Below, piece by piece: positions 53,441 to 64,000 of a DNA stretch of 64,000 nt. Every line of letters begins with the position of its first letter. Positions within the stretch are counted from its first letter, which is position 1. A program made the translations under genes and the position numbers. Source of the DNA: Eledone cirrhosa (lineage: Eukaryota); the NCBI GenBank assembly GCA_964016885.1, contig OZ024750.1, forward strand, positions 48,794,001 through 48,858,000, written 5' to 3'. The notes below the pieces were generated by a model, which was not told where the DNA came from, ran no database searches, and was given only the letters and a program-made list of their open reading frames with translations.

Positions 53441-54009
53441 AGAAATAAATAATTCTAGTACAAGTTAACCACAATTCAAAGTAGTCGACTACACAGGCCA
53501 TATATTTGGGATCTTTGTGGTAAATCTAGAAAGGTTTCATACACAATGATCTGGTTACTGGAAGATCAGATCAACGCCTCATTCCCGAGGCGCAAAAATT
53601 ACAGAGACCAGATTATTTGATTAGTTTTTATTGTATTCTGTATCATTATTTGAGAACTGCTATTAAACATCTCATATCTTATGATATACCCTGAAATGGT
53701 TACTATGATGCAGTATTGCGTGTCAGATGACTTTACTAATCGGTATAACCTCGTGCCAATATGAATGAATATTCTGTTTTAGAATATACCAATTGGATAG
53801 AATAGACTTCAGCCGTAATTTGAAAACCAACAATTAGTCCCCTTGGCATTAATATATATGGCTCTGCTGGTTGATGCATTCCTTACTACCTTTTCTTTCG
53901 GGGAAATATGAATATAGTAAGGTTTTATATGTTGTGTTCATTTTCTCGATTTTTCCTTCCAATATTTTCCCTATTTGACTTCTATTGTTGCTTATTTTTA
54001 ATAAAGGTA

Positions 54010-54152
54010 ATACTTGTTTCTACTTTTGGCACAAGGCCAGCAATTAACCAGTACATTTCTGATACTTTATGTTATCGACCCTGTAAGGATGAAAGGCAAA
54101 GGTAACCTCAGCGGGATTTGAACTCAGTTCATAAAGGGACGTAACTGTGCTG
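54010..54152 (-). mobile_element. tRNA-derived SINE, partial
   Basis: B box GAGTTCAAATCCC and core gcctttcatccttacagggtcgataa. Confidence 0.8.
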
Positions 54153-54724
54153 TAAAATGTTAATAATGTGTGTAGTATTTCAAATATTTTAAACATTGTG
54201 GCAGTCGAGTAAGTATTTTTTAAAATTGTTTTCCCCTCATGATTATGAATTATTTATATCGTATCTACTAACTTATGGGGGATTGGACATTGAATTGTTA
54301 GAACGTCAGATTAAATGCATCACCATTACAGATCAAATCTCACCAATCTGAACATTGATGTTCCTTCTTTCAAGGCTGATAAATGCAGTACCAGTACGGA
54401 AGTGTTGGATTGGCTGAATTATTAAAGAATTGGACATGATTATATCCGTTATCTGAATCCTCCTCGTTGCTTTTGGGGTTCAAATATTTCTCCTTTTGCC
54501 TGTAATTGTAACCTGAGTATAATACCAGTAATGATACGAGCAATAGACACATAGACTCCTGTGTCCGATCAGACGATCGACCCCTTTAATTTTCCGTTTT
54601 ATTTCTCAAATTGTATAAGGCCCTTTTTCATATATAACTGGGATCATTTAGACGATGTTTTATGTTTCGTATATGTAATAATATTAATCTGAATTCATTA
54701 GTATTTTTAATTACATACGAATCA

Positions 54725-56650
54725 GCCGCGAATAATATTTGCTGCTATGAATCATGATCTTATCAAAATGGCCTCCGACGAGATAAATTGGCGCAGCCTA
54801 ACTGAAAATCAGTCTGTTGAAACTTTGTATAAAGAAAATTCTCCTTGGGCTAGAAACACAAACCCCTGGATAACAATGACAATTATCCGTGAACGGAAGT
54901 TAAGAAATGCTGCTTGGGGGCACTATCAACGGACCATGTCTTCGGAGGCATTTGAAGTCTACAGAAAGCAGCGAAATCATGTCGAGCATATTTCCACAAT
55001 TGGAAGGCAACATTTTGAAAGGGAACTTGCGTGTGATGCCGGTTGTAATCCAAAGCGCTTTTATACTCACTTGCAGAGAAATCAAAAACTGAATGACCAA
55101 ATTGTCACTCTTCAAAACCCCGAAGGTGCAGTTATTGAACACGCTGACCAACAAGCTTCTCTGTTTGCCGATGTTTTCGCAAATATCTGCAAAGAGGACG
55201 ATGGCAGAGAACCTCCAAATCTAAACATGGTCGCCCAACCAATGCAGCCAACCACCGTCAGACCGGACGAGGTGGAACAGTTGCTTTTCTCCTTAGATGT
55301 GAATAAGGGGCATGGTCCAGGCAGTCTACATCCAGCGATTTTGGGTCCAGTTGCACCCAACCTTGCTAAACCTCTAGCCACACTATTCAACCTATCATTG
55401 GCTACCGGAGTTATTCCTGCCGACTGGAAAGTAGTTACAATTTGCCCTATCTTTAAAAAAGGCGACAAAGAAGACCCGGGGAACTACAGACCCGTGAGCC
55501 TCACCTCAATTGTCTGTAATGCCTTGGAATCTCTAATCAAGCGAGAAATTATGACTCATCTTGCGTCTTTCACTGCCATCTCTCCATCTCAACACTGTTT
55601 CATTCCGAAACATTCCTGTCTCTCAAACCTACATTTGATGGAAGAATGGGTGACGAGGAAATGGACGATGAGATGCGGCCGATATTATCTTTCTCGACTT
55701 CACCGAAGCCTTTGACTCTGTCAACCACCGCCTGCTCCTGTATAAGCTCAGCAACTACGGTCTCCATGACTCGATTAAAAAGTGGATTGGATCACTTCTT
55801 GAGGGTCGAACTTGCAGAGTTAGGATCAATGGCAGTCTGTCATCGGGGGTGGATGTAGGCAGTGGAGTTCCGCAGGGCTCTGTGTTGGGCCCGATGCTAT
55901 TCCTTCTATACATCAACGAAATGCCGGACGTGATTGGTAGAAACGTGCTGCTATTTGCAGATGATGTGAAAATGGTAGCCCGTAGGAGCGAGATCGACAA
56001 TCTCAAGTCCAGCCTCCAGCGCGCCTGGAGTTGGTCCATTGACGGGGATTTATACCTCAATGTCGATAAGTGTTGCCATATGGCCGTGGGTAAACGTTAT
56101 AACTCAGTTCTTACCTTCAACGGTGGCGCTTCTCCTGTGTAGGAGGTTCATGAGATTAAAGATCTTGGTCTGCTGGTCGACTCCTTCTTCAAACCATCAA
56201 AAACATTGCATTCAAGCCGCAAACAAGGCAAGGAGCTCTCTTTTTTCTTATTCGACGCTCCTTTGCCAAACTCACTCCAGAAATGTCCAGGCCTCTCTAT
56301 GTCGCCCACGTGAGACCGCACCTAGAATATGGCATCCAAGCATCAAACCCATATCTCATCCGGGATATCCATCACTTGGAGAGAGTTCAACGACTAGCAA
56401 CTCGAATGGTACAGGGTGTTCATGAGCTGCCCTACTAAAGCCGGCTGCAGAAGCTGAACCTCTTCTCCTTGGAGCGTCGACGGCTACGAGGCGATCTCAT
56501 TTTGACTTACAATCTCTTCAATGGCCATTACGATCTCCCTCAATATCTCCTATTCACTCCTGCACTTGAAAGGGGTCTACGTGGACATGACAAAAAGTTG
56601 TTTCACCGCCCCTTTCACCTAAATAGACGGAAAGTTGGTTTCTACCCTCC
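54725..56650 (+). mobile_element. Decayed CR1-clade LINE ORF2 fragment
   Basis: PWIT, NPKRFY, PIFKKG...NYRPVSLTS, DFTEAFDSV, SGVPQGSVLGP, LFADDVK and LERRRLRGDLI across several frameshifts. Confidence 0.9.
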
Positions 56651-57408
56651 TTACATTGCATCCGAAGCATCTATGTTTCATTTGCTGCCAAATATATTGA
56701 ATTGAATTGAATATTCCTTTTACTTTGTACAATATATTTTTCTCTTTTAAACATACTCAACAAAACGTAACGTGCTTCCATTTTATTCATTTAATTATAA
56801 TTTCCATTATTTTAGAACCTACATTTCATGTTTCAGTGTATGATCAATTTGTAAGTGTAAATAATGTATGTATTGTATAGATAACAATTGTTTTCCTCCT
56901 ATTTTCACTTGAGTCCTTGATTATATCCTGCAGAGATTCTCTTTGTTTACGTAACTGGTTTACTGAAGAGTAGTATTATTTGCAATTCATTGCTTTAAGC
57001 TACAATCATCACAATTTGTCTTCCATTCAACTTGTGCTTACTCTTAATGTTATAGATAGTATGGCATTACCTTTGTTTTTATCACTGTCTCATTTCTCCT
57101 CTAAATCTTTCTTGAATTCTCAATGTTTCTTTTCCAGTTCCTCTACAGGGAATATGTTTCAGCTCTTGCTAAAAGGACTTCTCTCTTGGGTTAAATGTAA
57201 TATCAGAACAAATCGCGTCAAATTCCTGTTTTAGTTTCAGGTGTTTCGTTTTTATATAACTAGTTTGTACTTTTACAATACTCTATCATAAATATTGAGT
57301 TCTTTTGGGGTGAACAACATCAATCACCTGACAATCACCCACTCCCTCTCGCTCCCTTCCCCCCATCTATCTCGCCTCCCTCCCCATCTCTCTCTCTCTC
57401 TCTCTCTC

Positions 57409-57469
<61 letters not shown>

Positions 57470-57574
57470 CCAGCACAAGGGCAAGTATGGAAGGTTCGTT
57501 CTACTGACATGGCTTTAAAAATGAGGCTTGTTTGCATAATTGCAAATGAATCGAATGTTATTATTAATGGTCTG

Positions 57575-57688
57575 AGTTCAAATCCCGTCGAGATTAACTT
57601 TGCCTTTCATCCTTACGGGGTCGATAAAATAAAGTACTAGTAATGTACTGGTTGATTGCTGTCCTTGTGCCAAAAGTAGAAACAATTA
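57575..57688 (+). mobile_element. tRNA-derived SINE, partial
   Basis: gagttcaaatccc..gcctttcatccttacggggtcgataaaataaagtac...ccttgtgccaaaagtagaaac. Confidence 0.8.
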
Positions 57689-57729
57689 TAAATATCCGAA
57701 AAACTCAGATTACAGTTATATATATATAT

Positions 57730-57842
57730 ATGTATAATCCTTTCTCAAAATCCTGGTTGTTCCTCAGTGACGAGACTTGTATAAGGTATCCCTGCTAGTA
57801 CCAGTTGTATCTCCGTGTACTCAACAGTTAAGATACTATATA

Positions 57843-57913
<71 letters not shown>

Positions 57914-58017
57914 TCTTAACTGTTGAGTACACGCAGATACAACTGGTACTAGCAGGGATACCTTATACAAGTCTCGTCACTGAGGAATAACCAGGATTTT
58001 GAGAAAGGATTATACAT
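57730..58017. repeat. Palindrome with ~107-bp arms (2 mismatches) centred on (TA)n
   Basis: atgtataatcc...agttaagatac(ta)n gtatcttaact...ggattatacat. Confidence 0.97.
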
Positions 58018-58146
58018 GCAGTAAGAATGTCGAACGACAGGGCCATTAGTCATTTATGAATCACTTCTGTGTATAAATTTTGACATTAGATTCGTCTGAA
58101 TTCAAAGTAATAATAATAATAACAATAATAATAGTAAGATTATATA

Positions 58147-58966
<820 letters not shown>

Positions 58967-58974
58967 AGGCAAGA

Positions 58975-59385
58975 AGCCGCTAGAATTGGTTGAGGACTTC
59001 TTATATCTGGGATCAAAGAGATGGTGGCTGAGTGCTACACAAGAATTCTGAGGAAGGATCAGAACTTTAATCGGTATACACTGAGGATGAAAAACTCAGA
59101 GCCGTATGGGAGCCTCCCAAGAGTCAGCTCGAAAGAAAGTAGCACAGAGGACGTTGTGGTTAGCTGGACATGCTCACTGACATCCAGACTTGACACTGCA
59201 TCCAGTGCTCCTGTGGGTACCCCTCCACGGACACACTAGAAGAGGGAGACCGATGTTGACATATATTGATGCCCTAAGGGCAGAAACTGATCTCTGGGAG
59301 TGGCAAGATGTGTCGGTGATGATGAAGGACAGAGACCACCGGAGAGAACTCGTCCATGGATCTCGGGAATTCTACCCACCCTAAA
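58975..59385 (+). mobile_element. Decayed, internally deleted RTE-like 3' fragment
   Basis: LELVEDFLYLGS...YGSLPRVS...VLLWVPLHGHTRRGRPMLTYIDAL...MKDRDHRRELV. Confidence 0.75.
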
Positions 59386-59902
59386 TAGATTGAAAGATAG
59401 ATATATACAATATATCATCCATTCATCTTTCATATCTGCTCAATATTTCTCACACACACGGTAACAATTGTAAAATAAAACCCCATCTTATTTAACGAAT
59501 ATAAATAACAAGAACGTTTAACAACTCATGCGAAATGGATATTTAGTTGTAGGATATGTAGTGGAATAATCAAATAGACAACCATTTTGGTATATTTAAA
59601 ACACAAGTTCAGACAATCTAAATATAGATGGACATAAAGCGATGTTGCAGCAAATGCAGTGAAGCAAAACGACGCTCAACAAAATTTGAAATAATATTTT
59701 TCAATAAATCAAAGGAAGGTTTCAACGTTGATAACAGATGATGGTGGATGTTAAGCCAATTTTTATATATACAAGTGACCCAAACATGTTAAATTGTTTG
59801 ATAAGTCTGGCTGGGTCACTGTGACCTCTATCTATTTACAAATAGATTACAGCACATATCTTATTTCATCGACGTCGTCCTCGCTGTCCTTGTTTTTATC
59901 TG

Positions 59903-59910
59903 AGTAGTAC

Positions 59911-60000
<90 letters not shown>

Positions 60001-60006
60001 AAGTAT

Positions 60007-60075
<69 letters not shown>
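59903..60075. repeat. (AGT)n microsatellite
   Basis: Read directly; source of the poly-Thr ORF. Confidence 0.96.
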
Positions 60076-61252
60076 CCACCACCTTTATAATAATAATAAT
60101 CATCATCATATTGTTCATCTTCATAGTCATCATCAACCGTTTGTTGTTGTTGTCATCAACATCAACATCATAACCATTATCATCATCACCGTCATCATTA
60201 ACATCAGCATAATTGTCTTTCTTACGTCGATGTTTCCATGAAGGCAGGGTCATAAAAGAAGACGGAGACTTACCCTTGTTTCATTATATTCTGATCCTTT
60301 GAGGACCCATCACAAGTCCCAGCTGCTGATGATGGTATTCCTTTTCAACAGAGTGAACTTGTGCAACATGAAATGAGATATTTTTCATCATGGCATAATG
60401 TATAAATAAGCCTATGATGAGCTTAGTTATTTAATCTCTAGGAATCTAGGAAATAGGTTTACACTTTCTTTGGGAAACGTTATGTTTCCTTAAATTGTAT
60501 CGGTTGATATAAAATTATTCTCTTTCATCCATTTTCTCTCACATTAAGTAACAAAGAGCTCTCCTGGTCTTCGTTCAATATGAGAGAATATGAGCCAAAT
60601 ATTCTTCAAGGCAGAATTCTACATTAAAGTATTTCAAAATAATAGTTACGTTAGATAATCTAGCTTTTAATCATGTCGTCTTAACGATGATGGAATTATC
60701 AAAGATAGGACACGTTTGATCCTGGAACATCACGACCAGATTCGACATGAGTTTGATTTACAACACTTTAGGTCAATCTATATGTAGCTATCATAGTTGT
60801 ATAAGATATTGATAACTAATAAATGTGAGCTGCTAATGTAATTTGTTCAAACCTATCCAAAACTGTCTCTGGTTGTATGTGAAAATAATTATTAGGTTTA
60901 AAGTGTTCTTGTATAATTTAAAATCTTCCATCACAAATTCACATCACGTCAGTATTAAGTTACTATCTCAGTAATGATTAGTGTTATTATATAACTTAAC
61001 GCTCTCCTTTAATTTATTGAAATAGACCATGACCTGCTTTCGCAAGTTTCATCTGACTACCCTGTAAAAAATGTTTGTCAGTGTTATTAACATACATTCT
61101 AGAATAGTATGTTTGTAAATTGGAAAGTGTTAAGACACTTCGATATATGTGAGGATTGGTCGCCTGACGATTCTGACGAGAGTGTTTCAGTTATACGTTC
61201 AATCGTACGACCTGCACGTGAAATTAACGTTTAAATGTGTGAACATGTTAAT

Positions 61253-61438
61253 AATTGTTTCTACTTTAGGCACAAGGCCAGCAATTTCCCAGTGCATTAC
61301 TGGTACTTTTTTTTATCGACCCCGTAAGGATGAAAGGCAAAGTCAACCTCGGCGGGATTTGAACTCAGATCGTAAAGGGACGTAACTATGTTGGAAAGCA
61401 TGGCGTCCGACCCTCTACCGATACTGCCAATCCACCGT
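61253..61438 (-). mobile_element. tRNA-derived SINE, best-preserved copy, with a Nin/Deu-like core
   Basis: A box TGGCAGTATCGG, B box GAGTTCAAATCC and core gcctttcatccttacggggtcgataaaaaaagtaccag. Confidence 0.85.
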
Positions 61439-61721
61439 GAACATGCTAATAATGAATAATACATATGAATCTCATTTCCTCCGAAAATCAAATCAGGTTC
61501 GTAAACAGAAGAGACTAATCCCCTAGCCACGTGCAGTCATACAAAACAACATGTCGTCCAATGTGATATCCTGAAAGACTAAATATTATTTTTCAGAACT
61601 AAAATATTTGTTTCTTAACAAATATATTTAGTGTTCTAAATGTCGGTTTACATTCTGTTAATAGAACGACCTCCATAGATAAGCATCGTTTTCACACAAT
61701 CCACTGCCCAATTTAATTAAG

Positions 61722-61930
61722 GATGGTGGATTGTCAGTATAGTTAGAGCTTTGCAGCATAGAGATATATCCATTTACGTGCTTAGTTCAAATCCCGCCGA
61801 GATTAGCTTTGCCTTTTATCCGTACGAGGTCGATAAAATAAAGTACCAGTAACGCACTGGGGTCGATTTAATCGAGTTTTCTCTTCAAACAAATTTGTTG
61901 GCTTTGTGCCTAAATCAGAAAACGTTATTG
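61722..61930 (+). mobile_element. tRNA-derived SINE, inverted relative to the copy at 61253-61438
   Basis: ggtggattgtcagtatagttagag...gttcaaatcccgccgag...ggtcgataaaataaagtaccag. Confidence 0.85.
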
Positions 61931-62709
61931 TTTCTTATGAAATATATTTGAAAGTTCTGATGCTATTATATCTTAATTATTAATGAGTCAAACATATGGT
62001 TTTAACTGATTTCATGAAAGACTAATTTGTTTTTGAGGAAAATGAAAATCCGCCATTTAAAATGTCATTTTGGAAATAAATAAATATTATATAAAGCGTC
62101 TTACATGCACACTCATACTCACACAAATACATGATGAAAATACAACGTTCCTTACAAAATAAATAGACAAACATCTATAGCGGTTGTACTAATATCAGAA
62201 TGTAAACAATAATATAGCACACTGATAAAATACACGTGAACCTATTTATAATACTTCTCACGATTGAGTCACTCAGTAGTTTATTATCAAGACACCAAAA
62301 TGTCTTACCACCACTTGGTTATAGTATGGTTACTATTAAACACAGGACAAGAATGTCAATAATATAAACAGTTTGATTCTGAAAAAAATAGTGCCGTGAC
62401 AACTTCGAAACTTTCAAACACACATGGGTTTCGGATATCATTTTGTCTGAAACTAAGAATAAGAAAATAATAAAGCAATACAAATAGATACTTTAACAAA
62501 TATATATGGTTGTGTAATGGAATAGATTAGATTACTTCACTACTTGGCGGTTCTGGTTTCAGTCATGCTGCGCTGGATCAGGGTTAAATGGTTTCTACCA
62601 TTTACTCTATCTCACCTTGGAATTGGAATTTGGTAGTCGGAAAATGCTAGTCGAATAAGTTAACTCCGTGTTATATATTGCCTATAGTATTTTGTGTAAA
62701 AAAAAAAAA

Positions 62710-62758
<49 letters not shown>

Positions 62759-63331
62759 GGTATGTGTGTGGGGATGAGTGTGTGTGTGTGTGTTGCACAT
62801 GCTATAAGAGCCACGGAACATGTTCTCTAACGTCAGAAAATATTGTACGTGTTTTGTAGTTTAACAGCTATAAATTAATATTTTGTCTCGTCTTTTACTC
62901 CTTTGGACAGCGTTTGGTTTCTGTCAGACGCTGCGACCCTGGATATACCAGCTATACCGTTGGTACAGGTCGAAACTATCCAAGTCAATCTAAAAGGCCA
63001 AAGACATGGAGTTATGTGCTCCTCATTTATATATTTATTTTTAGAAAATAATTTTTTAAGTCTTCCCCTTACAAACATGTTTTAACATTTTGTTTTATTT
63101 GCGTCCATTTATTGGACATGTTACAATCGTTTCTCTGGCGACCAGCTTGAGGCACGATCGATGTGATCTTCGAACATGACTCTGAAAATCGCAAGGTCCT
63201 CAGAGACGTTTTGATTCTACGAAGCAGATTTTCAAAATGTCCTTTTATGTCGATATCCTTTGCCCCTCGGTGTTTGCATAGATACGGCTCTCTAAAACCG
63301 CATTTCTTTTGGAGATACGAAATATTTATAC

Positions 63332-63388
<57 letters not shown>

Positions 63389-63940
63389 AATATACAGCGT
63401 CTCTTCACATATCCGACGGAACTACCTCAGGAACTTACCCACGAATATACACTCACATTTTTGTTCGCACCTCGCCACCCACATCCATACCACATATAAA
63501 CACAAACACACACGTGCGTACCCCCCACATATACACACTCAACCTCCGGAATAGACACGCCATATACCCCAGCCCCTCACCCCTCTCCTTCCACATGCAT
63601 GCACACACCGACTTACACCCCGACCCCCACACACACCTTTTCCTGAAAATGGAACATCGTTCTTCCTAAAACTCTCATATACGCACGCACACACACTCAC
63701 GTACACCTACACACATACACAAACACCACCTTCAGCCTTCTCCGCTCCGACCCCCCGCCTCTCTCTCCCAACTCCACCCGCCAGCACCCTTACACGCCTC
63801 ACACCCTTCCACCACTTGTTCATCTTATTGTTTATTCTTATGTTTACTTTTACGTTTATTTTTATTTTTATTTGTTCTCCTTTCCACTTTTTGCTAAATG
63901 TCTTTCCACACACACCCTCAACTCTCTTCCTAACCTATTT

Positions 63941-63972
63941 ACTCCTGAAGAAGGGCTGATGCCCGAAACGTC
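63941..63972 (+). ncRNA. Minimal type I hammerhead, ending at the cleavage triplet, at the end of a probable Penelope 3' remnant (~63385-63972)
   Basis: actc-CTGAAGA-a-GGGC-tgat-GCCC-GAAA-CG-TC; the 3' strand of stem I is absent and replaced by a C-run and (CA)n. Confidence 0.7.
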
Positions 63973-64000
63973 ATCCCCCCCCCCCCCCCCACACACACAC

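Noticed and set aside
54370-54552. 60-aa ORF with hydrophobic N-terminus, possible host exon
   Set aside because: No recognisable domain, no supported splice context and no partner exons.

Overview
AT-rich, microsatellite-dense animal DNA. The SINE families and repeat spectrum resemble a coleoid cephalopod such as Octopus; this is an inference. No host gene can be supported, and the window is essentially a stack of retroelements. It contains the 3' end of a Tx1/L1 LINE, a decayed full-length R4/Dong element, several Penelope-like elements (Naiad- and Neptune-type) sitting in (TA)n tracts with inverted termini, a full-length RTE LINE with an intact 1181-aa EN-RT-3xC2H2 ORF, bipartite non-autonomous RTE derivatives, decayed RTE and CR1 copies, tRNA-derived SINEs and a hAT MITE. 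A ~20.8 kb satellite of 28/32-bp units begins just after the RTE (GTAT)n tail. The most interesting signals are in the RNA layer. (1) A two-domain structured 5' leader (P4-less HDV-like fold plus a small pseudoknot in frame with the next ATG) is shared, with compensatory changes, by the unrelated R4/Dong and RTE elements. (2) About ten type I hammerhead motifs occur, including recurrent non-canonical cores (CAGANGA, UUGAAAA, CUGAGAA). (3) A 535-nt retrozyme-like unit is present. (4) Near-perfect palindromes are centred on (TA)n insertion sites. All RNA folds were derived by eye and need computational and biochemical confirmation.
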